From Raillietiella orientalis (Eukaryota), in the NCBI GenBank assembly GCA_036172245.1, contig JAYWIR010000045.1, forward strand, positions 496,001 through 560,000: a stretch of DNA of 64,000 nt, read 5' to 3'. Positions 1 through 13,072 of this stretch are shown in pieces (position 1 is the stretch's first letter; every line of letters begins with the position of its first letter). The notes under the pieces were generated by a model. The model made no database searches, was not told the DNA's origin, and was given only the letters and a program-made list of their open reading frames with translations. A program made the position numbers and the translations under genes.

Positions 1-199
1 CAAAATCACTTTCGCAACAGCCAGCTCCATGTGAGTATTCTCTGCTGTTGCTGTGTTCGTGTTTCCTGCTGCTTTCAACGCGTACGGCAAGTCAGCATCT
101 GGACCAAGCTCCCGTTCTTGAGCATCATGCATCGCACAATCCCGTCTTTGCTTCCCCCGGAGCTCTCACTTCCACCGGTGGTCTGCAGCGCTATTCGTT

Positions 200-632
200 C
201 TCCGGAAGGAAGGGAAGAGAAGGGATGGAGAAGGAAGTGGAGTATCGTAAGACGACCTTCCTTCTTTCCTCTCCCAGGTCCAAACCCCAGAAATAGGTTT
301 GTTGGAATTTGGGGACCGCCTACAAAGTTGTTAGGAAGCAGCACTGCTTTGGGCATCCGCAAGCACCTGTGGGGTGGACGGGAACGAATAGGGTCTGAAA
401 AGGCCACGTGGTGAAGGTGCCACGAAACGAGCGGGTTTCCTCTCGAGATCAAGATGCTGCGAAGTTTCAGGTCTTCAGCGAGGAAAACGCGGCAATGCTG
501 TCCATCACTCTGCCCCCTTGTGAGATCTGTCACACTTTAGAACACTTTGTGTGCACAGCTACAGCTGGCCTGATCGACCACGCATTGCTACCACGGAAAC
601 CGATTCCTTGCGAGCATCTTCGCTGGCGCTAG
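200..632 (+). mobile_element. Possible L1/Tx1 ORF1 (gag-like) remnant
   Basis: One frame with two stops: EYRKTTFL...GWTGTNRV...PPCEICHTLEHFVC (zinc-knuckle-like). A diverged inverted homologue of 225-336 lies at 2504-2612. Confidence 0.35.
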
Positions 633-780
633 AATACAGGACAGTGCATGTGCACAACGTAAAGATGAAACCCGACCGCATTTTCACCTGCAGTGAACCG
701 GGAACGCATCAAAAGAGGGAAGGGTTCTTCTCAATCTCCCTCATCTTCGTAATTTGCTCAGACCAGTTCGATGGCCCCTT

Positions 781-1674
781 CTCCTCCCGGTTACGGGAGG
801 CTTCAGTCCGTGCCGCGTGTCCTGTTCTTCTGGATACAAGACTTACGGCCTGGTCACCGTGTAAGAAAGGCACTCCAGGCAACGAGGCCAGAAAAAGCAG
901 CCCTACTTTTTCTTCGTTCGCTCTTGGATTTTCGACATCTTGTCGGGAGGCGGAGGATCCGTCGCCATTCCCATCACTACTTTGTCGCCCGTTCATCCTC
1001 CCCCTCGGCGCTCTTGCAAGGCGATGGACGAGAAGCATCATCATCCATGCGAGGGGGGTTCCTGCTTCGCGGCCGGCCCGCTTTCCGGAACGGGGGGAGC
1101 CCTGGTCGCGGGAGCACTGCCTCTCCGCACGCTCCGACTCTCTGTCGATACGCGTTCCGCCCGCCGGCACATCATCCCCGAGCCCGTCTCTGAGCACGGC
1201 GTCGTTCTCTGGATCCCCAGGCGGGCGCTGCCGGAACCCCCCAGTCGGTTCGCAGCCATTTCGGTCCGTGCAGATCCGGAAGCGGAATTCTCTTCCGCGT
1301 TCCCAGAGAAGAACCCAAGTCCAGATGCGCCTGATTCCTCCGAGGTGGCTGCTGTCTCTGCTTCCTGAGCAATGGAGCGGACAACCTGCCTCCCCGTTGC
1401 CTGAGGCAAGTCCAGCAACCCACGGTTAGCTTCTCGTGTTCTCTCGTGGGCTGCTCGTCCATCCGTTCAGCTGCCGGTCCCGTGTCGGGTGCAGCTGAAG
1501 ATCGAGGCTTCCGCTGGACCGCGGAAGTACTTTTCTCTTTTCCCGGGTCTTGGTCCAAGCGAGCGATTCTTCTCGTTTCCGCGTGCGTGCTTCACCTCGC
1601 AGGTGGTGGTCGGGCTGTGTCGTCAGCACCCGGACCTTCTCGATGAAGCGAAGGCTCTTGGAGAGAGCGCGGTT
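781..1674. repeat. Left copy of 894-bp near-identical inverted duplication (partner 12179-13072)
   Basis: Reverse complement of 12179-13072; paired coordinates sum to 13853 at both ends; about 7 substitutions found by eye; the ORF track is mirrored. Confidence 0.98.
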
Positions 1675-2594
1675 TCGCGCGTTCGGGTGTGCAGGGACGT
1701 CGTTGTTCGTTGACGTCAGAACCGACAACTGAACCTCTATCTGTCTGCTGCATTCTCTTTCTATCCTCCTTAAAAGCCTCCAAACGGAATTCTCGCTAGA
1801 AGTCGCTTTTGAGTGAGCGGATAGCGTCCAGAATGGCAGCTCATCTATCTTTGCTTGCGAGACGAAGTTGTTCTCCAGATCTGGAAATCGGCAAAGGTCA
1901 TGGGCTGGATGCAACCACCAGCTCTCGGTCTCTTCGAATTGCTTTCTGGAGACGTAAGGACAGTTCTCTTGGATCGAAAGAACGAAATGAGATCGAAAGA
2001 ACTGCTCTCGAAGACTGCGCTTGCAGATTCCCCTCGGCATCGGAGATTTTGGATCGCAAGGAGGGCTCGTATTTGCCTCCAAGATCTGCATCGACGGTTG
2101 TATCTCCAGGCGCGCTCGCGCCCAAACCCTTTTGCGCGCAATGTCGCGAGTTCCCGAACCCGGATAGGTGGCCTGCCAGCCCCCGACGCGAGGGCACCTC
2201 CGGTGTCCCCGGCTCTCTCCTGATCAAGCGCGTGCTCGGCGCACGAGCGCTACCCATCCCCAGGACCAATTGTGCTTCGTGTCTCGCTTAAATTCAGAAG
2301 TTTGCTGAGGATGCAGTGATCCAGAAGGCGTTCCAAGCAATATCTTCACTTCCGCACACCTTCGAACCATCCTGCCGGTCTGCACAGAGTTTGTCCCTGG
2401 AGGTCGTTCACTGTTCGCGCGTGCAAGGAAGCGAGCCGCACCGCAGACCATCAGCTTCCTCATCAAAGCCACATGAAAGCGCGGAATCTTCCGCTCTCGA
2501 CAAGCTTCATCAGTTTATAGGTGGTTCTCAGATCCCAACAAGCCAATCTCTAGGGCTTGGATCCAGAGGAGGAGAAGAGGAATGTCACCTTCCG

Positions 2595-2740
2595 ATACTC
2601 CTCCTCTTCCATTTCCATTTCTCCTCCTCTTCCTCCACTCTTTCTTTGCATTCCCTCCTCTTCCTCCATTTCACCTCATCCTCCACTCCTCTTCAATTCC
2701 TCTTCTTCCTCGATTTCTCCTCCTCCTCCATTTCTCTACC
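2595..2740. repeat. Polypyrimidine (CCT/CTT) low-complexity tract
   Basis: Run of CTCCTCTTCC-like units; E/K-rich when read on the minus strand. Confidence 0.9.
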
Positions 2741-5700
2741 TCGCACGCGCTGTTGTGGGTGCCGCTGGCTCAGTTGTCCTCTTTCCAGAACGAGATTTCT
2801 GGACGAAATGAGGAACCCGAGCCTAACATCGTTTTATTTTTGGAAACCACCGCCTGTTTGCCAATAAGGTCTCAGTAATCCCTCGCTTTCTAACTGGTGG
2901 TAGCGAAGAAACGACGGATGTTCCCTGGTCGGGTTGGCAACCGATGCTGCGAAAATTCGACGTGGTTTGTTACTTCTTGAGTGGTAGGACTCTTATCCAT
3001 CGCGGCCAGGTTGACACGCACCGAGATTCCAGGAGCGAAAACTGTCCTTGTCACTGCTTGCTGCCCCACGCGCACGTGCCTCGCCCCAGGGGTCCACAAT
3101 GGCCCACATAAGATCGGACGCAGCTTCCGGGAACTGCCACCGGTAGGAGGTTCCCAAGGGAGAGTTCATCGTCAGCCTTGAACCCCCTTGCGGTCTTCGC
3201 AGTTATCCTCATCCGTCTCACGAAGATCCGGATAGAGAACCATGAAGGTTTTCAGGTCTGAAGACATTTCCGACAACAGTTCCTTCCAGAGACTCTTGCA
3301 GACTTTTCACCGCGCCAAATCAACTGCAATGGGTGAGAACGTGAGGGCGGAAAGAGGACTACTCCTTCCGATACCACCAGGAAAACTGCACGCCGTGGAC
3401 TGAGCCCCATTCCTGTCCGACCAAAGATTATGGCCAGCAGGCCGCTCACCTTTCGGAGTTTGATTCTTGCTTGATCTTTCCTTTCGGTCATCCTCGTCCC
3501 CAAGGTTTGCATCCTGGAAGTCGAGGATCATCAAGGTTCGCCAGAGAGGCCAGAGTCCTCCGGAACCGGTCAGTGCTGGGAAGTTCTATCGTCCGAAAAC
3601 ACCTGTGATGGGCGGAGTGTGGCAAGCTGCTTGAGACGGGTCGCCTTAAGGGGTGGACAGGAAATCCCAGTTCCTGCATCGGGAAGAGTGGGAAAGGTCG
3701 GGAGAGCCAAGCAGAGGATCCGAAGAGCCACTGTGCTCATCCGCGCGCGGCCGTCCTGTCGCTCCACGAAGGCGCACGAGTCCCTGATTCGTCCAGACGA
3801 TCTCTCCGCCTCCGGGAAACTTGCTTGCTCTAGCTCTCAGCTTCTTCCGCAGTTCTCGCGTCCAATCCAAGACGGAAGGAAAATGGAGAGGGATTCCTTC
3901 CTCCCCCTCCTCCTCCTGGAAGGAGCACCACGAGTTACGAAAAATTGGACCGGGGTCCGCGTGGCGAAGACGCACACCTCGTTGAGAAAGGAAGGCAGCT
4001 CGTGACTGGGGGAGGGTCCAGTCTTTCGCGTGCCCAGCGAGCGCGAGCATCGGCGGTGCGGCCTCTCAGTCTCAGATAGATAGGCGAAGATCGGCGAGGG
4101 AATTCGAGATTCGGATCCCTCAATCAGTGAAAGAAGCAAGCCCGACATGCTCCAGCAGTGCGCGTGCTTCAAGAAGACGCAATTCTAGACCACTTCCTCC
4201 AAATGATTCTTCCTCAAGGAGTTCTCCAGCATCAGCCATCATACGCCCTTGGCTTCTCCGCTTACACCGAAAAACAACAACAAGAAAATAGGCTCTCCTT
4301 CTTTCAGTAGTCTCTGATTTCGTTTCTATTTACGAGCGAGCGGCCATCGGAAGCTCCCTGACCTGGGCAACTGCGTCGGAAGTTGGCTGTCCCCAACCAA
4401 GATCAGATCTCAAGCAGCCCAGCCTGCTTATCACTGGTTCGCGATTGACCCCTGTGAGAAGGTCGTGTGCAGCTGATTCGCCTCGACGGCGCTCCCAGAT
4501 GCTACAGCCACTGGAACCACACACCCAGCTCCGAGTCCCAGGGAACCTCGGATCCGTTCCAACCCGCCTCCCTTGGCTGCAGTTCCGCGACCGGTGAAGC
4601 TGTATCGATTTCTGGCTGAAAAACGCGGGTAAAATAGTACGCTCACTTGGATGGACTTGGTCGATGGACTTGACATCTCACGTAGGAATATGGGAGGGGG
4701 GAGGGGGAGATAGGGATTCTCTTCAGTGCACCTAATGAGAAAATTTGATTTGCAAAAAAAAAAAAAATGCAATCAGTTGATTTCGGCTACCTGCGAAGGA
4801 TGAATCTTAAATCACAAAAGCTGCATCCAAGCATCAGCTTTGTTCTGGTAGAAGCGTGTCTCATAGATGCAAGAGATTTGGAGGAGGTTAAAGATTCTGG
4901 GGCCGGGGAAAAGGGGGTGGAAAACCTGATAACTTCGACGGAATCTCGGGATTTTGTCCAGAATTTCGTCTTTATTTCTTCGGGACGCATCGACATCGAC
5001 TTTCTGCTTCTTTACCAGGAACGAAAATATCTTTTGGTTTTCTGCAAGGTCGCATAAGATATCATCCCACCTTCAGGAGCCTCGAATAGAAGGACCTGCT
5101 ACGTAAGATGAACCCTTCATCCAGGAGAAAGCCATTTCCTTTGTTTCTGGAAGTCCCGACTTGCATTCTCTTCCCTATACACTCGGAACGGTTCCCAGAA
5201 TTCTGGAGCGTCTTTGCCACAGCCGCGTGAACCGGATGTTTCGTCTGCTCCGCTGGCGTTCAGAAGTAAAAAAAAAAAGATGGAGCTACAAATTCACGGA
5301 AGCATCCATTCACGTGATCACAGCATGTTCAGCATACCTAAACAATGGCGGCCATTGTGAACCATGAGAATGTAATCCTCCTGTGTTACGAAAGATCACT
5401 TATATGATGCAAGAAAAAAATAATTAGCAGCGTTCTTGTTCTGTGCAAAGATTATTCATGCTCTTGGTGGCTCTGTGTGTCCCATCCTCACACAGTTTTG
5501 ATGGTTTTCCTTCCTTGCATGCTGTGGTCACACGTGGCTTTCCGTCGTTAGTTTTTTTTTTGACGGTAGTTGGGTTCTTTAGCGACAGTCGCCACAAGAG
5601 TTCCTTCTCGCACCATCGTCATCTTCCCTGACCTTCTCGGCAAGTTGGAAGCCTTTCTTCGTGGCTTGAGCAGTTGCCACTTGCAATCACTCGTACTTTA

Positions 5701-5857
5701 GATAAACGGTTTAATCTACAACCATCGTTTAAAAAACCTGCAGATCCGGTAGCGCATGTGCACACCGAAAAAAATATAATAAAAATGAAGGGTTCGCAAG
5801 AACAGGCAGGGAAAGCAACGGACATGGATTTTCTTTGATGTTGCAAGGCCCCCATCG

Positions 5858-5897
5858 GCAGATGGAAGCATGGAATGAGTTCCATGCTTCCATCTGC
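5858..5897. repeat. Perfect 18-bp inverted repeat with 4-nt loop
   Basis: GCAGATGGAAGCATGGAA-TGAG-TTCCATGCTTCCATCTGC. Confidence 0.95.
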
Positions 5898-6559
5898 AGA
5901 CGAAGATCAGGGGTGGGCCACAAGTTTCTCTAGAAACGAGCATTAAGGCCTTTTCTGCAGCCATCGGACGTATCGCGCGGGGTCGGATGGTCACCATGGA
6001 TTCGCTCGAGGGTTGGAGCGTCGCTCGTGATCAGCTGCTCTCCTGGTTCTCGAGTGGGACTTCGCTGCTGACTGGTGAAAAATTCGTCTGCCGAGCGCCC
6101 GATCTTTCTCTTCCGGAGGACCCGCCCCTTGAGAAGCGGAGCCTTGGAATGGGCACCCCCTGCAGGTTGGTCTACCAAGTGCAAAGGTGGCTCTTCAAGC
6201 GAATCTAAATGAGCCTGGGTTCCATTTCGCCTCTGGCGTCGCCCGAGCCCCTAAATAAGATGTTCGTGTCTCTTTCTGAGACCCTCTGATGGAGACAGGG
6301 AAGTAGGTACTGGACACCGGGAGCACCGACTGCTGTCCTTCCAGCCAGCTCACTTGATACATCGCGCACTCGCATGCCATTCGGAGACAGTAGTTTGCTT
6401 TTCTTCTTCTTCTCCTCCTCCCCTCCCCCCCTTCCCTCATGTTTCCCGTCTGCCACATGATCTCCGAAGCGGCCGTTTGTGCATCCTTCTGCTGTGCATC
6501 CTACGCTGCAGAAGCGGCGCTCATCCACGCTTGCCACCTCCTCACCGGGGCTCAAGAGT

Positions 6560-6925
6560 AACTCTTCAAGTAAGGATGTGCCGGGGGAGGGAACCACCCT
6601 ATGAATCCAGAAAGGGTCCGGAGGAAGGAGTTCGTTCCTGTCTCGCTTGGGAGGGAACTCTGAAGGAAATTCTTCACCCTGGTTGTCTCCGAAGGGGATC
6701 TCTTCCTTGTTCTCTCTGGAGGGATTCCGGGGAGCGCTCCTTTGTTTCTTCTACGAAGGACACCCGGAAAGGATCCGCTTCTTGGTTGCTCCTCCGAAGA
6801 TAACCCTGAAGAGACGCTTTCAAATTTTCCCTGAAGGGTAGCTCTCAAAGGGAGCAAAGCACTTTCTCATACTCTGGAGTGGTATCAACCAACCAGCTTT
6901 ATGGTACAAGATGGAGGGCCCCTCG
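6560..6925 (-). repeat. Dispersed repeat family copy A (probable L1/Tx1 fragment)
   Basis: Homologous to 19210-19556 (ACTCTTCAAG...ACCACCCTRTGAATCCAG...ATGGARGG); shared minus-strand translation GPSIxxHxAG...APF...WIHRVVPS. Confidence 0.8.
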
Positions 6926-7932
6926 AAGGGGAGGACGGCTCTGCTTACACAACCGGAGGAGAACCTTGAAGGGAACCGATTCCTTGATTCCTGGACGGAC
7001 CCCGGAGGGTGGACTTCTAGTCCCGGCCAGTCAATGGAGGCATTTGATTTCCATGAGTTCTGCACCCAAATAGGTCAACCAACGCCATCCTGCGGGAGAA
7101 GGAAGGACTCGAAACCTACGACGCACCCATTTTTCTGGCATCGATCCTCTGCGTTGGGGATTCGAGCCCGCAATGCTTGGTGCCACGCGCGATGACCGCA
7201 GCCACCAGAGCTGGCAAGCGGTCCAATCCAGCTCCTCCTCCTTCACAGCGTGTACCGGGAACAGTGATGGCCAGCTGAGAACATCTGGTACAGAGTTTTC
7301 TGCTGCTGGAATTCGCAACCGCTTGCTTGATTTTCTTCTCGTTGCCAAGAGCAGTCAATGCTGATGCCTGAGTGGCAGAAGTCACTGCTCCCTCCGTGCC
7401 GCTTTGTTCACCCGGACTCTTCAGTGGTTGCCTCCTCCTCCACGCAAAGGGAGGCAACCGGGTCGTCCACCCACCTTTCCCCGCGAGTCATGCCCTTCCT
7501 TCAACCGACCGATGCTGCTGGAAGCTGGAGGGGATGAAGACGCGCCTCCCTCCCCTCACCGGGATCGGAGGAGCTGTCCCGCTCTGGGGTGCGAGTCGGG
7601 GGAGGGCAGCGGGTAGGATCATGACTTGAAGCAGGCGTGGAGAGAAAGGATGACCCGGAGCAACGTTTCAAGTGTACGAGTCGTCTCGGCTCGAGCGCGC
7701 CTCTCGAGCGCCACTATTATCCACCCACGCGGAGTGCTCTCGCGGCCGGACCACCGGAGAGTGAGCTGGAAAGCTTTCTGAGAAAAGGTCGTTTTTGTTA
7801 TGACGCAGCGGCAGAGTAACTGGAGCTTGCATAACAAGGACGCCGGAAAAGGAACAGCGAACGAGCTTCCGTGACAGTTTGTGCCCGGTGACACGGAAGA
7901 CCAAATGGAAAAAGGAGAGAGGCAGAACACAA

Positions 7933-7955
7933 ACACACACACACACACACACACA
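7933..7955. repeat. (AC)n microsatellite
   Basis: Pure AC run. Confidence 0.95.
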
Positions 7956-10325
7956 AAACCGAGGCCTTCGAACGTGTCAACGCATTTGGAAGTCTTCGCC
8001 CTCCCCCCCTGGAAACCTCGAAATCCGATGAGGCCCCGCAGGTAAACGGAAGAGATGGCAGACTCCTGTTCCTTTCGACCCTGCCGGACTTGTTTGCCCA
8101 CTGGAAAACACGGCTGCACCCGCAAAGGTCCATCCGGGATCGAGTCTTCCGCGGAGAAGGCTTTCTGTTCTTAGGGCTCAAACTGTCTTCTGTTCTTCCT
8201 TCCCTTCCGTGCTCCTAGCAAAAGGGTTCCTGCGCCCTTCTTCTTTCGCCTTCCGCTCGCAGCGGTTGCCACCTCTTCCGGGCATCTTCGTTTCGAAAGC
8301 GTTGCTTCTGCCGAGAGAAGAGAAGATTCTGACCGAATGGCGCGAGAGGTGTTGCCACGTGAATATGGACTCCATCTTGGGTGGGTTCAGTTTGGATAGG
8401 AGTCAGCAGTTCACTAGCTTCGTGGAGCGCACTGTGCCTTACGGGGCAGCAGCCATGCAACGAGAAATTCTCTTTCAGACGGAAGAGAGGTAAACTTTCG
8501 CGTTTGATCTCCCAGAGGTCTATCGAGTATCGAGGTCATTCTCCAGAACTCTCTTGTCTCTATGCCAGAGACTGGTTGCATCAGTTGGAAACACTGCCAT
8601 CTATCCACACTCTTCTACGCAGGAAAGATAAGTGAACCTCGCGCCTTTACCATAGTTGCCCAATGGAGAATCTTGATTCCCTCGAAAAGTATCCAATCGT
8701 CCTCGATACCTCTGATCGGGGTCTTTCTTACTCCCAGGTTAACGTCTGGTCGAAGTGCTGAAACCTTATGCTTCCTTTCCCATCTTTCAACCTCTAAAAA
8801 TAACAGGATTCTCTTCTCATCTAACCTTCCAGACTGTTCCGGACGAAAATGACTCCCACTCCATCCTGGACGACTCTCCGGGAAGTGGATGGTTGCCATG
8901 GACAGCACGATGAACCAGATGCTACTGCCTCTTGTTAGTGACCAAGTCCCATCTGACCTTCCTGAAGTACCCTCTCAGCAGGGCTTGGGATGCAGCAGGA
9001 TGAGGACTGTTGGGAATCGACCTGCTCACCTTCATCTTGCGGGAGCTGCACTCGGTGATGGTTCTGGGAGCAGGAATTTCGTTCTTCATGGGACCAACGA
9101 GTGCCGACTGCTTGGCTTGGCCTCTCTGAGAGGACGAAGAAGATTCTGAAGGAGCTGACAGAAGAGACGGACTCTGAACGAAGAGCACGGAGAACTGAAA
9201 GAGTACCTGAAAAAACTGAGTAGCTGCCTGAAGTTTGCTGTCCATAGCATCCTCATCTCCCCAGGAAGGTTCTCAAGTGGTCGTTCTAGAAAACGTCCAT
9301 CTTTTTCTCCGATTCCGGCACCCTCTTTGACGTGCACGACACAACGATGAGACGGAAAACTTGGGAAGGGGGGAAGCTCTTCACTTGCAACACTGGCGAA
9401 TTGCAGTCTTGAGAGCCCCCGACAACCTGCCAGTTCCACCTGGATCCGGAACCGTTCGTCTTAGCCACACAGAATTTTCTTCTTGTCCCCACATTGGAAC
9501 TTCATCCTGTTTTTCCCTTTCATCATCTGCTTGCAGCTCTCCGCACCGGTTTGCATTCTCCTTTTCACCTTCCGAGCCGTTGCAGAAATACTGCTAAGGA
9601 TATTCGACTCTCAGTCGACAATTCAACTTGGGCAAGCGCTCCCAACCCACAGGGATTGAAGCTCTGAGATTTCGTGTCCAGAGTTCACGTTTCTAAATTC
9701 AAAGTCGATCCCAGTGAGAATCGCTGGAAACTTTGAGCCATGGGAAAGGGGGGGGGGGTAAAGAAAGGACTTTCCACTTTCCACAGTTGCACTCCTGAAT
9801 TTTTCAGATCTTACCGCCGCTCCTGCTGCGAATCAACAGCGCCGGGAATTGTGGATGATGTTCCCATGGGAAAAGTGCTGGAGTTCTCAGGGGAAGAGAC
9901 CTCAGCGAGCATGAGGTGTCTCCCCGAGAGAGAACCTTGGGACTCTGCCGACAAGATGGGAAGAACCTAAGTGACATCACCTGGTGCGTTCCGGGAGGGT
10001 CCTCCGCGCTCCAGGGTCCAACCTCTTCCCTCCCTTCCCCGGAATCTCACGAGCCGGCAGTCACCTTTGTTCCGAGCATGAATGCAGAGGGCGTGGCCCA
10101 GAGGTTCCATGCTCAACTCGCGAAGGAGCTCAAGGGTCAAGAGTCGTCACTGCCTGTCCGGGTGCGTTCAAAGCTCAGTCAGTCCGACGCATATCCGAGG
10201 CAAAGGCGGAGCCTCGCGCGCAATCGTGGGCTGAAGAGGACGCACCATGCAGGGTGGAGGGACATCGAGGCCCATACTAGCTGAGAAACGCTTAACACGA
10301 AGGTCCCATCTTTCCCATTTCATAG

Positions 10326-10730
10326 TTATATGTCTGTACTCACTTTATATATATGTATATATACATATAAATGTATATGCATATATGAATACGTACATGG
10401 ACATTTACATGCAAACACCTGTAGATGTGTGCGTGCATGCATGAATACACATAAATGTACATAAACCTTCATACACATAAATGCGCACAAATCTATATCT
10501 GTGTGCATGTATGCATGCTGATGTGTAAATATGTACATAGGAAGGCATGTGTGTGTGTAAGTACACATGCATATATGTGTGTGTATACATATATAGTGCA
10601 CATATATATGCATACATACGTGGATTGATGGATCAGCATGTATAACATGTGTGTATCTACGTACATGCATAATTATACAGTTAACCTTCAATATGCATAT
10701 CATAATTTCTGTACATATGGTGTATTTACA
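10326..10730. repeat. Degenerate alternating purine-pyrimidine (TA/CA/TG) microsatellite tract
   Basis: About 400 bp of TATATGTATATACATA / TGTGTGTATACAT-type sequence. Confidence 0.95.
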
Positions 10731-12046
10731 CGTTTGAACCTTGCTCACGGGCAGTATCGCCGCCGCTGAACTTAAGGGAGGCGCGATTATTGCTAGTTGA
10801 AAACTAAACGTTTGAATTCAACATGTACGATACTCTGCGTACGCACAAACGCATGTAAGCATTCCAGGCTCATGGGGCTGTACTTTTTTTCCTGGAGTTC
10901 CCAAATACGAACTCTGGTGCCCCTTTCACACACATGCGAGACGTGTCCTCGAAAACCTTCTGGAAGGAATGTCGAGAGGTCCCTCCTGGTTTCGTTTTTT
11001 CCCCTTCTTCAGCTCTTGCTGTCTCGCGTGCGCTTTAGACCCTTCGCTCTGCCCTTCGTTCCAAGGCTTCCTGGCCGTCTCTCCTCGGAAAGGATCGCTG
11101 ACGCTCCGCAATCCAGACGAAAGGGGATGTGGGGATGGGGATGGGAGGGCGGGGAGATATGCTTCTGCTGCTGGACTTAACGCCCAAAAGAGCTTGCAGA
11201 ACGTTCTGCTTGGGAAAACTCCAAGCTCCGGCACGCTCTCTCTCGTCTCTTGACCTGGGGAGTGCATGACCCAACCGAAAGACGCTTGACATCGTTTTTC
11301 AGTAGGAAACGGCCATCCAAGTGTGCTGCTGAGGAGAGAGGAACGGGTCCGATCGACTCTGATCGACCTGCCGGGTATCTCGGAAACGGGCGCCTCTTCC
11401 GGGAAGAGTCATCCGACCTCCGCCCGCACTGCTTGCGAGTACCGTGAAAAAGTTGCTGTGGAGGAAAAAGGAGACCTGCAGAATTCGGAAAATAACTCGA
11501 AGAGGTCTGTGAAGCTGAAGAAAATTTCTCCCCCTTCCCGTGCTGCTTGGACTGGCCTGCTCCTTAGTCTTCTTGATTTTGGCCTTCCTTTCGACGACCC
11601 CTGCTTCGATATCCACCTCACTCCTTCACTGCATCCCCTTTTCTCCACCTCCTGTGCCTCCTGCAGATGTGTGGCCACGCTGGCCTGGAAGTCCACAACG
11701 AGTTCTCCGTGCATGTCCTACTTCGTTTGTCTCTTCCCAGCTTCCTCTTGTATTGACGGGCTGCGCTTTTCTTCTCCTTTTTCCTTCTTCCTATTCCTGT
11801 CTCCCTTTTCCTAAAACATCAGAAGTCCTCCGAGCTCCCGTAAAGCTGCTCATCTTCGTAAGAAGAGGATTTGTTTTTCTGCCTCCCGATGTTCTGCAGT
11901 CACTTGATCTCATGACAAGCGCTCCAGAGAGGCTTTCCGCTCCCAGGAAGCGTCGAAAGTTCTCCACCCGGCCTGCACATCTCTTTTTGTCTGCCTCCAG
12001 TAGTCACCGAGCAACGTGCGCCTACCGCGCTCATGGACCAGTTTCC

Positions 12047-12064
12047 AGAGAGAGAGAGAGAGAG
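12047..12064. repeat. (AG)n microsatellite
   Basis: Pure AG run. Confidence 0.9.
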
Positions 12065-12178
12065 TGATGCTCCATACACCACTCGGTTTCCATTAGCTCA
12101 GGAGAGAAGAGAGCCTGCCTTAAATCTCTAGAAGATCATTCCTACGTCTCCACGATGTAGCCTGGTACCTGACGCGAG

Positions 12179-13072
12179 AACCGCGCTCTCTCCAGGAGCC
12201 TTCGCTTCATCGAGAAGGTCCGGGTGCTGACGACACAGCCCGACCACCACCTGCGAGGTGACGCACGCACTCGGAAACGAGAAGAATCGCTCGCTTGGAC
12301 CAAGACCCGGGAAAAGAGAAAAGTACTTCCGCGGTCCAGCGGAAGCCTCGATCTTCAGCTGCACCCGACACGGGACCGGCAGCTGAACGGATGGACGAGC
12401 AGCCCACGAGAGAACACGAGAAGCTAACCGTGGGTTGCTGGACTTGCCTCAGGCAACGGGGAGGCAGGTTGTCCGCTCCATTGCTCAGGAAGCAGAGACA
12501 GCAGCCACCTCGGAGGAATCAGGCGCATCTGGACTTGGGTTCTTCTCTGGGAACGCGAAAGAGAATTCCGCTTCCGGATCTGCACGGACCGAAATGGCTG
12601 CGAACCGACTGGGGGGTTCCGGCAGCGCCCGCCTGGGGATCCAGAGAACGACGCCGTGCTCAGAGACGGGCTCGGGGATGATGTGCCGGCGGGCGGAACG
12701 CGTATCGACAGAGAGTCGGAGCGTGCGGAGAGGCAGTGCTCCCGCGACCAGGGCTCCCCCCGTTCCGGAAAGCGGGCCGGCCGCGAAGCAGGAACCCCCC
12801 TCGCATGGATGATGATGCTTCTCGTCCATCGCTTTGCAAGAGCGCCGAGGGGGAGGATGAACGGGCGACAAAGTAGTGATGGGAATGGCGACGGATCCTC
12901 CGCCTCCCGACAAGATGTCGAAAATCCAAGAGCGAACGAAAAAAAAGTAGGGCTGCTTTTTCTGGCCTCGTTGCCTGGAGTGCCTTTCTTACACGGTGAC
13001 CAGGCCGTAAGTCTTGTATCCAGAAGAACAGGACACGCGGCACGGACTGAAGCCTCCTGTAACCGGGAGGAG
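12179..13072. repeat. Right copy of 894-bp near-identical inverted duplication (partner 781-1674)
   Basis: Same alignment as the left copy; no target-site duplication visible at the outer ends. Confidence 0.98.

Noticed and set aside
551..1429. 292-aa ORF
   Set aside because: S/P/R-rich with overlapping ORFs in most frames; typical of chance ORFs in GC-rich DNA; no domain recognised.
4767..5057. Possible CARD/death-fold-like peptide (LVEACLIDARDLEEVKD)
   Set aside because: The similarity is too weak to support without a profile search.
10762..10777. CCGCTGAACTTAAG, matching the 5' end of LSU rRNA
   Set aside because: Only about 14 nt match; the expected continuation (CATATC..AAGCGGAGG) is absent.
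781..13072. Polinton/Maverick or other giant TIR transposon bounded by the 894-bp inverted repeats
   Set aside because: No target-site duplication, no polB, integrase, ATPase, capsid or transposase motifs seen inside, and reading frames cross both edges of the left copy, which fits a segmental duplication.
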